Assembly: GCA_045577925.1 (NCBI GenBank)
Contig: JAZNJH010000031.1
Span: forward strand, 46,094-110,093
Direction of reading: 5' to 3'
Source: Eubacteriales bacterium
GTDB lineage: Bacteria; Bacillota; Clostridia; Oscillospirales; CAG-272
Length of the DNA: 64,000 bases
Below the pieces are notes generated by a model. The model did no database searches. It saw only the letters and a program-made list of their open reading frames with translations, and was not told the origin of the DNA. Numbering within the stretch: the stretch's first letter is position 1; each line of letters begins with the position of its first letter. The translations under genes were made by a program, and so were the position numbers. Below, piece by piece: positions 8,565 through 18,310 of the stretch.

Positions 8565-10340
8565 TTAAATTTCTCTTGTGTAGTATCTAAGCCAATCAAT
8601 TTCATCATCGCTTGCGGCAGGAGATAGCGTTTCAAAGACCATCTTGTGATATGCGTTAAGCGCAAGCCTGTCGCTATTATCAAGAAGCTCCGGTATTATT
8701 GCATCAAGATCAATGGGGCAAAGAGTAAGAGCTTCAAATCCCAAGAACTGACCGTATTCTGTTTCATATAATTTTTTGCATAAGAGCTCGTTTTCAAGTC
8801 TTATTCCATGCTTTTCGGGTATATATATACCCGGCTCATCAGACGTTACCATTCCGGCTTCTAGCGCAGGCTCTGTGTTTGCAAAATAGAATCTGTTTGG
8901 TCCTTCGTGAACACTTAACATATATCCTATTCCGTGGCCGGTTCCATGCCTGTAATCAAGCCCGAGCTTCCATATTCCGTCGCGGGCAAGCATATCAAGA
9001 ACTGCACATTTGGTTCCTTTTTTGAAAACGGCAGACTGAAGCCTTAACATTGAACGGCACACCTCAGTATAATGAAGCTTAAACTCGTCCGTTACGTCAC
9101 CCAGCATAAAAACACGTGTAATGTCGGTTGTACCGCCAAGGTACTGACCTCCCGAATCAACAAGCAGTGCGCCGTGATCTTCAAGTTTAGTATCCGTTTC
9201 TGCCGTAGCGCTGTAATGTATAACTGCAGCATTTTTACCGTAAGCGCATATAGTATCAAAACTCGGACCGAGGTAATCGCGGCTTAACTTGCGAAAATCT
9301 TCAAGCCTTTCCGATGCTGATATTTCTGTTAAAGAGGTTTTATCACATGTTTTTATATGGCGCATGAATCTCGCAACAGCAAGACCGTCCTGAGCGTGAA
9401 CACGGCGAAGATTTTCGATCTCTGTGTCATTTTTTATAGCCTTTGCGAGTATCGCAGGATCAGTTTTATCAATAATGATGCTGTTACTTGGAAGAGAAGC
9501 TTTTATACATGCGTTTATTTGCTTTTTATCGCAAAGTATACTGTGTTCGCTTCTTGTTTTTAGGAATGAATAAAACTCATCATAATTACAAAGCGTTATT
9601 TTGCAAGCATCGAGATCATTTTTGACGTTATTAGCTGCTTCATTATCAAGAAAAACAAACGCCTCGTTTAGTGTCAGATAGAAGTATGAATAAAACACTG
9701 GAGTGTTTTTAATGTCGCTTCCGCGCATATTAAGAAGCCATGCTATCTCTTCAAGAGAAGTTATAATATGTGCCTCAGTGCCGAATTCTCTCATTTTTTC
9801 TCTGAGATCAGATATTTTATCCGGGGTAGATTTACCTGAAATACCCATAGGAATCGAATGAATTGATGTAAAAGCTTGAGTGGGGAAGCTGGACAAAGCG
9901 GCAATAACGGGACTATCATCAGTTTTTATGCTTATAGCAAGCTCTGCAGCAACATCATCAAGCTTATCCAAAAACGCAGACGTCATAAGTCTGCCGTCAG
10001 AAAACAATGAATCGCCTTTTGATAAATTTTGCTTAATAAGGGTAAATATATCGGGCTCGTTCTCAACTCCGTCGCGGACAAGCTCTATTGCTGTACCTTC
10101 AAGCTGTCTTGCAGCCTGCAGGAAGTATCTTCCGTCGGTTATAAGGTATCCTTTTGTAAGTGTGACAAAGAGCGTGCCGGCCGAACCTGTGAATCCGGAA
10201 TAATACGCTCTGTATTTAAAGCAGTCGTTAACGTATTCAGAGTTATGACAATCGCAGGAAGGTATAATACACGCACTGATTGAGCGCTCTTTCATTTTTT
10301 CTCTCAGAGCAGATAATCTTGAATTAATTTCGGTATTCAT
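8565..10340 (-). CDS. Xaa-Pro aminopeptidase (aminopeptidase P, M24 family, long form)
   Basis: 591 aa. M24 metal-ligand segments VDSGGQY, DITR, HGTGHGIG, SDEPGIY and ENELL, plus creatinase/prolidase-like N-terminal domains. Confidence 0.85.
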   Translation of the reverse strand: MNTEINSRLSALREKMKERSISACIIPSCDCHNSEYVNDCFKYRAYYSGFTGSAGTLFVTLTKGYLITDGRYFLQAARQLEGTAIELVRDGVENEPDIFTLIKQNLSKGDSLFSDGRLMTSAFLDKLDDVAAELAISIKTDDSPVIAALSSFPTQAFTSIHSIPMGISGKSTPDKISDLREKMREFGTEAHIITSLEEIAWLLNMRGSDIKNTPVFYSYFYLTLNEAFVFLDNEAANNVKNDLDACKITLCNYDEFYSFLKTRSEHSILCDKKQINACIKASLPSNSIIIDKTDPAILAKAIKNDTEIENLRRVHAQDGLAVARFMRHIKTCDKTSLTEISASERLEDFRKLSRDYLGPSFDTICAYGKNAAVIHYSATAETDTKLEDHGALLVDSGGQYLGGTTDITRVFMLGDVTDEFKLHYTEVCRSMLRLQSAVFKKGTKCAVLDMLARDGIWKLGLDYRHGTGHGIGYMLSVHEGPNRFYFANTEPALEAGMVTSDEPGIYIPEKHGIRLENELLCKKLYETEYGQFLGFEALTLCPIDLDAIIPELLDNSDRLALNAYHKMVFETLSPAASDDEIDWLRYYTREI

Positions 10341-10355
10341 TTAAGCGCTCCTTTA

Positions 10356-11069
10356 TCAGTTGTCATTATATTTAAAGACCGGACTTTGTATAAATTTTGC
10401 CTCTTCTGGTTTGTTAGTATTTATTTTCAAATCACTTTCATACGCACGTGTATCTTTATCATAAAGTCGGAAGCTGGTATAAATTGGAGATGCTTTTGAA
10501 ACGTCGTTAATGTAATAAATGTTTAAATAGAGTGTTCCCGCATTATCTATGTCCACACCCTCAAATACCAAACGCCTGAAATTATAGATGAAATTAGATT
10601 TTGATATGTATTTGTAAGTATCATATACATTTCCATAGTTATCAGTCAGCGTAAAAACGAACGTTTCGCCTATCTCAGACACATCGGTATAGAAGTTTTC
10701 AAGTGTATCAACAGTACTGTCGTTATACCTTAATGTAAACTGAACCTCGTTAATTTCAGGGATAAACACATAGTTAGAAATGCTGAAATACCCATTGTCG
10801 TCTATTGTTTTTGAAAGATCTTGTGTCATAAGGGTTAAATTCGATGTCTGCTCATAAGTTTCAAGGGCATTATTTGTCCATGCGTATCTTGCCATAGATC
10901 CGGTATAACGCGCGAGGTACATTCTTCCTAAAAGTAAGGTATATACGGTTATTATCAAGAAAACAAATATGAATTTGAAGATTTTTGAGAAGGTAAGAGT
11001 TTTAAAAAAAGCAAGTGTTTTTGTAATTATCCAGCCGGGAATTGATTTTGTTTGAGTTTGGTTTTCCAT
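10356..11069 (-). CDS. Hypothetical membrane-anchored protein
   Basis: ORF trimmed to the ATG at 11069 (MENQTQTK). One TM helix (IFKFIFVFLIITVYTLLL) followed by a Tyr/Asn/Asp-rich domain. Only 15 nt separate it from pepP-like. No family recognised. Confidence 0.5.
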   Translation of the reverse strand: MENQTQTKSIPGWIITKTLAFFKTLTFSKIFKFIFVFLIITVYTLLLGRMYLARYTGSMARYAWTNNALETYEQTSNLTLMTQDLSKTIDDNGYFSISNYVFIPEINEVQFTLRYNDSTVDTLENFYTDVSEIGETFVFTLTDNYGNVYDTYKYISKSNFIYNFRRLVFEGVDIDNAGTLYLNIYYINDVSKASPIYTSFRLYDKDTRAYESDLKINTNKPEEAKFIQSPVFKYNDN

Positions 11070-11157
11070 AATATTGTGCTCCGAAATCTGATCATTGTTA
11101 ATAGTATAAAGTATAACATATATATATGTAAATTTCAAGTAAATTTTGTTAAAACAC

Positions 11158-11186
11158 TTGAAAGTACATCTCTTGCATGATATAAT
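11158..11186 (+). promoter_or_regulatory. Sigma-A promoter for the aminotransferase-trpS transcription unit
   Basis: TTGAAA, a 17-nt spacer, then TATAAT with an extended -10 TG (cATGaTATAAT). Confidence 0.6.
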
Positions 11187-11248
11187 ATTATATGTATTTT
11201 TATAATCTTGTCGCCACGTTGCGATTTTCCAGAAAGGAACTTCATTTT

Positions 11249-12439
11249 ATGGAATATAATTTTTCAAATAAGCTTGCATCTCTTAAGCCTTCGGCTATTC
11301 GTGAAATATTCAAAAGCTTGAGTGACCCGAGTATAATATCGTTTGCCGCCGGCAACCCTGCACCTGAAAGTTTTCCTGTTAAAGAGCTTTCTGAGATATC
11401 AGCTGATATTTTTGAAAATTCTCCCGTAACAGCTCTTCAATACAGCCTTACAGAGGGTTATCCCGCGCTCAGACAAGCCGTTGCAGAAAGACTCAAAAGT
11501 AAGTTCTCGATAGGTCGTGATTTTGACACCACGGTAATTGTAACGGGAGGTCAGCAGGGAATCGAACTGACCTGTAAAGCTTTTTGTAACGAAGGCGACA
11601 CGGTTATATGCGAAAATCCAACGTTTATCGGAGCGCTGAATGCTTTTCGTTCAAACGGTGTAAACACAGTCGGCGTTGATCTTGAGGACGACGGCATTAA
11701 CATTGATAAGCTTGAAGAAGCACTCAAAACCACAAAAAATGCAAAGCTTCTGTATCTTATCCCTACATTCCAGAATCCTGCCGGAATTACAACCTCGCTT
11801 GAGAAGCGCAAAAAGATATACGAACTTGCTAAGAAATACAATATTGTTGTTATCGAGGACAACCCTTACGGTGAATTGCGATTCGCAGGCGAAGAGATAC
11901 CTACTATAAAGAGCATGGACACCGAAGGCCTCGTTGTATACTGCGGTTCATTTTCAAAGATACTTTCCGCAGGTATGAGGGTAGGATTTATGTGTGCACC
12001 CGAAGAGATAATTTCAAAGGCTGTTGTTGCAAAGCAGGTAGAGGACGTTCACACCAACATTTTCTTCCAGATGCTTTGTTACAGATATATGACAGAGTGT
12101 GACCTTGACGCTCATATTGAAACCATACGCGCACTTTACAGAAGAAAATGTAACCTTATGCTTGATGAACTTAATAAAAATATGCCTGACTGTGTTAAAT
12201 ACACACGACCTGAAGGCGGATTGTTTATCTGGTGTACGCTTCCCGATAATATTGATTTATCAGAATTTACAAAAGCTGCTATTGCAAACAAGGTTGCGGT
12301 TGTGCCCGGAACTGCTTTCAACTGCGACACCGAAGCTGATTCAAACTCTTTCAGACTAAATTATTCCACACCGTCTGATGAGCAGATTATTAACGGCGTA
12401 AAGCTTCTCGCAGATACTGTTAAGCAGTTTATAAAATAA
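11249..12439 (+). CDS. PLP-dependent aminotransferase, class I/II (2-aminoadipate/aromatic aminotransferase-like)
   Basis: SFSKILSAGMRVGF holds the PLP-lysine motif. Also present are the N-terminal LKPSAIREI motif and NPYGELRF. Start moved to the ATG at 11249, behind GAAAGGAA. Confidence 0.85.
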   Translation: MEYNFSNKLASLKPSAIREIFKSLSDPSIISFAAGNPAPESFPVKELSEISADIFENSPVTALQYSLTEGYPALRQAVAERLKSKFSIGRDFDTTVIVTGGQQGIELTCKAFCNEGDTVICENPTFIGALNAFRSNGVNTVGVDLEDDGINIDKLEEALKTTKNAKLLYLIPTFQNPAGITTSLEKRKKIYELAKKYNIVVIEDNPYGELRFAGEEIPTIKSMDTEGLVVYCGSFSKILSAGMRVGFMCAPEEIISKAVVAKQVEDVHTNIFFQMLCYRYMTECDLDAHIETIRALYRRKCNLMLDELNKNMPDCVKYTRPEGGLFIWCTLPDNIDLSEFTKAAIANKVAVVPGTAFNCDTEADSNSFRLNYSTPSDEQIINGVKLLADTVKQFIK

Positions 12440-12458
12440 AAAGGTTTGGTGTTTTATC

Positions 12459-13469
12459 ATGGCGGAATTTTCAAGTGAAAAAAAGACTATATTTTCGGGT
12501 GTACAGCCCAGTGGAAATCTTACAATAGGTAATTATCTGGGTGCTATAAAGAATTTTGCTGAGTTTCAGAATGATTACAATTGCCTTTACTGTGTAGTTG
12601 ACGAGCATGCTATAACAGTAAGACAAAATCCTGCAGAGTTAAGGCGCCGTACTTACGAAACACTTGCTCTTTATATCGCAACTGGGCTAGATCCCGAGAA
12701 AAACATATTATACGTTCAGAGCCACGTGCCATCTCATGCAGAGCTTGCGTGGATACTTAACTGTTATACAATGTTCGGCGAGCTTTCGAGAATGACTCAG
12801 TTTAAGGATAAAAGTGCCAAGAATGCCGATAATATCAATGCAGGCTTGTTCACTTATCCGACTCTTATGGCTGCAGACATTCTTTTGTATCAGACGGATA
12901 TTGTACCCGTTGGTGTTGATCAGAAGCAACATCTTGAACTTACACGTGACATTGCTCAGCGCTTTAACAGCGTTTACGGAGATACATTTAAAGTGCCTGA
13001 ACCATATATCGCAAAGAACGGTGCTAAAATCATGTCTCTTGCAGAGCCTACAAAGAAAATGAGCAAATCTGATGAAAATGAAAATGCAGTTGTACGTATA
13101 CTCGACACCAAGGACACAATAATCAAAAAATTCAAAAGGGCTGTAACAGATTCTGATACCTCTGTAAAATACGCTGAAGGCAAAGATGGAATCAACAATC
13201 TGCTTACAATTTACGCAAGCTTTACGGGCAAATCTATCGAAGAATCGGAACGTGAATTCACGGGATGCGGATACGGTGATTTCAAGATGGCAGTTGGCGA
13301 AGCATGTGCTGATGCGCTTGCGCCTGTCAGAGAAGAGTTTGACAGGCTTATAGCTGACAAGGCATATCTTGAATCAATCATGAGAACAAATGCTGAGCAG
13401 GCGTTTAGAATTGCGCGTAAAACGCTTTCCAAGGTTCAGAAAAAGGTAGGATTTATTCAAGTCAGATAA
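12459..13469 (+). CDS. trpS: Tryptophan--tRNA ligase
   Basis: FSGVQPSGNLTIGNYLGA (HIGH-equivalent), KMSKS, VPVGVDQKQHLELTRD. 336 aa. Confidence 0.95.
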   Translation: MAEFSSEKKTIFSGVQPSGNLTIGNYLGAIKNFAEFQNDYNCLYCVVDEHAITVRQNPAELRRRTYETLALYIATGLDPEKNILYVQSHVPSHAELAWILNCYTMFGELSRMTQFKDKSAKNADNINAGLFTYPTLMAADILLYQTDIVPVGVDQKQHLELTRDIAQRFNSVYGDTFKVPEPYIAKNGAKIMSLAEPTKKMSKSDENENAVVRILDTKDTIIKKFKRAVTDSDTSVKYAEGKDGINNLLTIYASFTGKSIEESEREFTGCGYGDFKMAVGEACADALAPVREEFDRLIADKAYLESIMRTNAEQAFRIARKTLSKVQKKVGFIQVR

Positions 13470-13483
13470 AGGAAGTAAAATCT

Positions 13484-14593
13484 ATGATAAACGAAACATT
13501 GATGAACGGTCTGTGTGCTGTGCTTCTCGCCATACTTCTGGCATTTACAACAACTCCTGCTGTCCGCGCTCTCGCATATGTTATCGGCGCTATTGACGTG
13601 CCTAAGGATAACAGAAGAATGCATAAGAGGCCAATCCCCAGAATTGGCGGACTTTCTATTTTTGCGGCATTTGTGGTTTCAACACTCATCTTTTGCAAAC
13701 CGAGTGAAAATCTTATAGCAATATACTCGGGCGGACTTTTGATAGTTTTAGTTGGTGTAATTGACGACATTAAACCAATAAATGCATGGGTAAAATTTAT
13801 GGCCCAGATACTTTCGGCACTCATAGCGGTATTCTGTGGAGTTAAACTCGAGTTTATAAACTTGTTCGGAGAGTATATCCATTTCGGATTTTGGGCGATA
13901 CCGCTTACTGTTTTATGGATCGTTGGACTCACCAACGCTATAAATCTTATAGACGGGCTCGACGGTCTTGCCTGCGGAGTCAGTGCAATAAGTTCAATTT
14001 CTCTGTTTTTAATCACCCTTATCAAGGGTGATGCACAGAGTGCCATTATAACTGCTGTCCTTGCGGCATCGTGCATAGGCTTTTTACCATTCAACTCGAA
14101 TCCCGCCAAGATCTTCATGGGCGACACCGGAGCTCTCTTTTTAGGATATACACTTGCAGTATTATCGGTCGAGGGTGTATTTAAAATGCACACCGTACTT
14201 TCATTTCTTATTCCGATTGCGGTTTTTGCGCTTCCGTTATTTGATACGGTAAACGCATTTACAAGACGAATACTCAAGCATAAGAGCCCCTTTTCCCCTG
14301 ACAAAAACCATCTGCATCATAAGCTTATTGAACACGGATTCAGCCACAAACAGAGCGTATATATAATCTATGCAATATGCGCTATTCTCGGCTTGTCCGC
14401 TGTAACGTTTACGTCTGAAAATCCGAGCAAGGCTCTTGTTATTCTTGCTGTTGGATTCGCAGTCCTCGGCGTCTACCTTCTTCTCATTTCCAAATACGGA
14501 TTCAATTCAAAAGAAGGTTTTGGAATTGAAAGCGATATGCTTGAACAGATAAATGCCCAAGTAAGAAAAGACGAGTCAAAGGATGATACCTGA
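13484..14593 (+). CDS. Undecaprenyl-phosphate N-acetylhexosamine-1-phosphate transferase (glycosyltransferase family 4, WecA/TagO-like)
   Basis: MraY/WecA motifs NAINLIDGLDGLA, FMGDTGALFLGY and FSPDKNHLHH, in a polytopic membrane profile. Confidence 0.85.
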   Translation: MINETLMNGLCAVLLAILLAFTTTPAVRALAYVIGAIDVPKDNRRMHKRPIPRIGGLSIFAAFVVSTLIFCKPSENLIAIYSGGLLIVLVGVIDDIKPINAWVKFMAQILSALIAVFCGVKLEFINLFGEYIHFGFWAIPLTVLWIVGLTNAINLIDGLDGLACGVSAISSISLFLITLIKGDAQSAIITAVLAASCIGFLPFNSNPAKIFMGDTGALFLGYTLAVLSVEGVFKMHTVLSFLIPIAVFALPLFDTVNAFTRRILKHKSPFSPDKNHLHHKLIEHGFSHKQSVYIIYAICAILGLSAVTFTSENPSKALVILAVGFAVLGVYLLLISKYGFNSKEGFGIESDMLEQINAQVRKDESKDDT

Positions 14594-14595
14594 CT

Positions 14596-15405
14596 ATGAA
14601 CAGTGATAATAAGAAAAGCAGAAAAGCCCCAAAAGGCTCAGAAATAAGCTTTAAGGGGACTATTCTTATAACCGTATGTATCACTCTTGCTTTTGCACTA
14701 CTTATATACGTTATGTATATTTTCGATTTAATAACGTTTATTGATCTGGCTGATACTTTGGAGAAAAATAAAGCTTCGCACGATCTTAGTACTGATGATG
14801 AAGTTCTATACGACAATCTTGTCTCTAAAGCACAGATGGACAGCTTTCAATTGTTGTACGAACTTGATCCAAGTGATCTTACGGTGATCCTCTCTAAGTG
14901 TAAGCCGCGCGATAACTATTTTCTAATTAGTGAAATCTCTAACTACACAACAGAAGCATACAAAACCATAAGGATAGAAGCAACAAAAAATAATGACGTG
15001 TTTGATATAAAGAAATTCAACGACGGAACATTATTTGAAAGCATAGTATCAAGTGGAAATATAGTTGAGGTAACAGACGAACTGCGAGACAGATCCGCCA
15101 AGCAGGTCCAAACTGATGAGCTTATCTTTGAAGTATTATGCTCAATGCCGTCGATAAAAACAATTACCGATGTTTGCAACGACATAATTAGCGGCAGTAC
15201 TGATGTTGTTGAATATGATATCTCGCTCATTTCAGACGGCGAACACAATCTATATAAAGCTACTTTCACTTATCCCGACATTTTACAACGTGAAGAGTAT
15301 TACGTTTCTCTTGACAGTGAAATGATAGTAAAGCTTGATTCATATATAAATAATGAATTGTATTACAGCTATACGCTTCTCGAATTCAAAGAATTGATCA
15401 GTTAA
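14596..15405 (+). CDS. Hypothetical membrane-anchored protein
   Basis: 269-aa ORF starting 2 nt after the GT4 stop. It has one TM helix (ILITVCITLAFALLIYVMYIF). No family recognised. Confidence 0.5.
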   Translation: MNSDNKKSRKAPKGSEISFKGTILITVCITLAFALLIYVMYIFDLITFIDLADTLEKNKASHDLSTDDEVLYDNLVSKAQMDSFQLLYELDPSDLTVILSKCKPRDNYFLISEISNYTTEAYKTIRIEATKNNDVFDIKKFNDGTLFESIVSSGNIVEVTDELRDRSAKQVQTDELIFEVLCSMPSIKTITDVCNDIISGSTDVVEYDISLISDGEHNLYKATFTYPDILQREEYYVSLDSEMIVKLDSYINNELYYSYTLLEFKELIS

Positions 15406-15731
15406 AGTCCTAACTTATCTCCCAAGAGCAGATACGCTAGAATACCTATAAGCAATAGATTCTCTTTTGAGTGATCGCATCCAACGTATAGAAAAATAAT
15501 AAGGCCAAGCAAGAGAATATCTTCATTCGATGCATTACTGAAAATTGAGGATTCAGTATCCTTATTATGAGTACATTTTTTATTCTTTTTAACCTTATAT
15601 TTCTTATGTAGATTACTTGATGATACAGTTTCTTTGATATTTTCCTTCAGCTCTTCCGTAACCCGACTGTTTGAAAGATTGCCGTTGTAATTTGCAGGGA
15701 AGTGCACCGGCAAGGATCGTTTTACATACAT
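15402..15731 (-). CDS. Small hypothetical protein with a hydrophobic C-terminal segment
   Basis: 109 aa, third gene of a small-protein operon. The K-rich middle is followed by ILLLGLIIFLYV...LLLIGILAYLLLG. No family recognised. Confidence 0.45.
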   Translation of the reverse strand: MYVKRSLPVHFPANYNGNLSNSRVTEELKENIKETVSSSNLHKKYKVKKNKKCTHNKDTESSIFSNASNEDILLLGLIIFLYVGCDHSKENLLLIGILAYLLLGDKLGL

Positions 15732-15744
15732 TTTATCACCTCAG

Positions 15745-16101
15745 TTACTTAAAGATCTCCGCAAGGCTTACTACTTTTAGTATTTGAGTTATCATATCAA
15801 GCTTTTGAGCCCTGTCGTGGCTCAAAAACGGCTTGATCGCTAACAAGAGTCCGACGCTTCTGTTATCAAAATAATCTTTGTTACCATAAGATTTTGATGG
15901 ATTTCCGACCGGAGCTATACTTTCATTAAAGTTTGATCCAAATACATCTATCACATTACTTTCAGGCATGGTATGTGTATTATTGTTTTGTGAACTGTTA
16001 GAACCCAGATTCTTAACCAGGTTCATGATACTTTCCATCGCCCCCGGATCTGATAAAATGCTTCCAAGTTTTTTCTCTAAATCATTTGAGCCTTCATTCA
16101 C
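15745..16101 (-). CDS. Small hypothetical hydrophilic protein
   Basis: 118 aa. ATGA overlap with the upstream ORF. LGSILSDPGAMESIMNLVKNLG at the N-terminus and LLLAIKPFLSHDRAQKLDMITQILKV at the C-terminus. No family recognised. Confidence 0.5.
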   Translation of the reverse strand: MNEGSNDLEKKLGSILSDPGAMESIMNLVKNLGSNSSQNNNTHTMPESNVIDVFGSNFNESIAPVGNPSKSYGNKDYFDNRSVGLLLAIKPFLSHDRAQKLDMITQILKVVSLAEIFK

Positions 16102-16367
16102 TTATTTTCACCCCTTTTTCGGGCTTCATCTATTATCCTGCGAGCTTTATCATCTCCTATGATGCTAAGAGCTTCATTTGCATCTTTATCCGTTGCATTA
16201 CGGATCACATTTCGCAATTTAATCAGATCATCGTTTGAAATATTGATTGAGGATTGGTTCATTCCGGCGGCTCCCGCAAGCGAGCTTACAACGCTTTTTA
16301 GCGATTTATCGTCAAGTGAAAGCAGACTGTTTTTTATATTGTTATCAATTTGCATGATTTCCTCCAA
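16098..16367 (-). CDS. Small hypothetical hydrophilic protein
   Basis: 89 aa, first gene of the triad, with GGAGG 6 nt upstream of the ATG at 16367. No family recognised. Confidence 0.5.
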   Translation of the reverse strand: MEEIMQIDNNIKNSLLSLDDKSLKSVVSSLAGAAGMNQSSINISNDDLIKLRNVIRNATDKDANEALSIIGDDKARRIIDEARKRGENK

Positions 16368-16450
16368 TGTTGTTTGTTTGTTAATATTATATGAGCTTTT
16401 TTTAAAATAGTTACCTAAAAATCTTAAATTACGGTACGAGGAGGTGTCCT

Positions 16451-16966
16451 ATGAAAATACTGGTGTTTTCAGATTCACATCAATACAACAGATTTTTAAA
16501 ATCTGCAATAGATATGCATCTTAATTCAGGGGCTGTTGATTGTATATTTTATTTGGGAGATGGCGTCAGGGATATAAACGGACTCTATCCTCAGATTCCA
16601 ATCTGCTACGTTGATGGCAATTACGAAGAATACATAACAGGCTTTATTGACCGCAAAAAGCTTAAAAGCGACGTCGTTGTTGATTTTATGGGATTCAGAT
16701 TCTTTCTGACCCATGGTCACAGATATTCTGTAAAAAGTACTATTGACAACGTTGTCAGAGCCGCACGAGACAGGGATGCCGACGTTGTTTTGTTTGGCCA
16801 CACACACGAGCAGTATTATAAATATATTCCGCCGGAAAGTGACTCAGATAAACCTCTGTACATATTTAATCCGGGTAGTATCTCTCGCCCGCGTGATAAT
16901 AAATTTTCATATGGCATTATTGAAATTCAGAATAATAATATGCTGATTACTCACGCTACAATATAA
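16451..16966 (+). CDS. YfcE/MJ0936-family metallophosphoesterase
   Basis: Calcineurin-like motifs ILVFSDSH, LGDGVRD, GNYE, LTHGH and GHTH. 171 aa. Confidence 0.85.
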   Translation: MKILVFSDSHQYNRFLKSAIDMHLNSGAVDCIFYLGDGVRDINGLYPQIPICYVDGNYEEYITGFIDRKKLKSDVVVDFMGFRFFLTHGHRYSVKSTIDNVVRAARDRDADVVLFGHTHEQYYKYIPPESDSDKPLYIFNPGSISRPRDNKFSYGIIEIQNNNMLITHATI

Positions 16967-16989
16967 TTTGATTCAGAAAGGAAGTTTAA

Positions 16990-17463
16990 ATGCTAACTTT
17001 TACTGTACCGAAGGCACGAAAGAACGGACATGTCGCTATTACGCTTTTGATAATAGGATTAACGTTTTTTCTTTTAAGTTCAGTTATTAAACTCTATCCG
17101 TATATTTTTCAGATTACAGGCCTTGCTTTTCTGGTTTTCTCAATTCAGATAATGCAAAGATATGTTTTGTCGGATTTCGTTTATATTATTGATGACGGTG
17201 ATGACGGAGATGCTATTCTTAGCGTCTTAAGAGTACAGGGTAGTAAAAGGGTAATTGTATGCAGTGTCAGTCTTATGAAATGTGTAATGACCGACGATTA
17301 CGACAAGATCGAACTAAAACCTGATAATTCGTTCGATTACAGACAAAATGTCCTTTCACAAAACAAATTTGCCATTCTATACAATGAAAATGATAAAAAT
17401 ATACTGATAAAACTAGAAGCTGACGATAACTTCATTCGCGAAATATCATCGAGGATATGTTAA
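16990..17463 (+). CDS. Hypothetical two-TM membrane protein
   Basis: 157 aa with two N-terminal hydrophobic helices followed by a soluble acidic domain. No family recognised. Confidence 0.5.
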   Translation: MLTFTVPKARKNGHVAITLLIIGLTFFLLSSVIKLYPYIFQITGLAFLVFSIQIMQRYVLSDFVYIIDDGDDGDAILSVLRVQGSKRVIVCSVSLMKCVMTDDYDKIELKPDNSFDYRQNVLSQNKFAILYNENDKNILIKLEADDNFIREISSRIC

Positions 17464-17470
17464 AAAAACT

Positions 17471-17505
17471 AAAAGGCAGACAAATTAAAAATTTGTCTGC
17501 CTTTT
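17471..17505. terminator. Bidirectional rho-independent terminator
   Basis: AAAAGGCAGACAAATT, loop AAA, AATTTGTCTGCCTTTT: a perfect 16-bp stem with A/T runs on both sides, between convergent genes. Confidence 0.8.
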
Positions 17506-18057
17506 TCATTTTGTTTCGATAATAAAAAAATACGGTGAAGTTGGTGAGTTGCACAGTCTGAATTTGCCTATGCAATATTTATATCTGGAATAATTTTTGA
17601 ATAGCTCGCTCAAGAGCTTACCTTCAATTTCGCCTTCATCATGACCGGGATACACTGCTATAAGCAAAGCAGCATCCGAATCCATGAGCTCTATGGCGGC
17701 TTTGACCGCTTCTATCGTAGTTTCTCTGAGCGTTGTAATTCTCTTATCACCGCCGGGGAGATACCCAAGATTAAACATACCTACTTTAACAGGTTCGTGA
17801 ACAAACTCTCTGACTCTGTGGTGAGAAGCGCATATCAGGCGGTAATTGCTCGGGCAATTTTCTTTTTTGAGGTTTTCTGCCGTGCTTATCAAAGCAGATT
17901 CCTGTATATCGAAGGCATATACTTTTCCTGATTCTTTGACTGAGTGGGACAAAAATGCTGTGTCATGGCCATTTCCCATAGTGTAGTCTACAACAACCGC
18001 ACCTTCTTTAAGATGAGGGAGCAAAAAGCTTTTTTCGAGTGTAAGTAAATCTATCAT
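17506..18057 (-). CDS. Class I SAM-dependent methyltransferase (YtqB / putative rRNA-tRNA methylase family)
   Basis: VVDYTMGNGHDT is the SAM motif I of this family. 183 aa, with the YPGH..GE segment. Confidence 0.78.
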   Translation of the reverse strand: MIDLLTLEKSFLLPHLKEGAVVVDYTMGNGHDTAFLSHSVKESGKVYAFDIQESALISTAENLKKENCPSNYRLICASHHRVREFVHEPVKVGMFNLGYLPGGDKRITTLRETTIEAVKAAIELMDSDAALLIAVYPGHDEGEIEGKLLSELFKNYSRYKYCIGKFRLCNSPTSPYFFIIETK

Positions 18058-18257
18058 ATTAAAATTCTATAACCTGTCCTAACTTTGAAGATTTAATCCA
18101 GCTTCAATGTCTTTAATATCAAAAAGTATATCTTGGTTTGATATCGTCAGATCTGTTTTTTAAATTGTTATAACATCAACACCTGACTCATTACTATTTT
18201 ATATTATATAGTAAATTAAAGAAAAGTCAAGAAAATAATCGAATGTTTAAAATATTA

Positions 18258-18286
18258 TTGCAAATTTCCCCTAAAAATGATATCAT
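18258..18286 (+). promoter_or_regulatory. Candidate sigma-A promoter for the 18311-19054 gene
   Basis: TTGCAA, a 17-nt spacer, then TATCAT with an extended -10 TG (aTGaTATCAT). GGAGGTG RBS at 18300-18306. Confidence 0.45.
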
Positions 18287-18310
18287 AATTATAGCTACTT
18301 GGAGGTGTGT

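Noticed and set aside
12440-12458. I looked for T-box leaders upstream of trpS, and likewise upstream of glyQS at 63343-63383.
   Set aside because: The gaps are only 19 nt and 41 nt, far too short for a T-box of about 200 nt. Both ligase genes appear to be co-transcribed with the upstream gene.
13462-14304. A 280-aa ORF antisense to the WecA/TagO-like glycosyltransferase gene.
   Set aside because: The sense-strand product carries clear MraY/WecA motifs. The antisense translation has no recognisable features and no translation signals.
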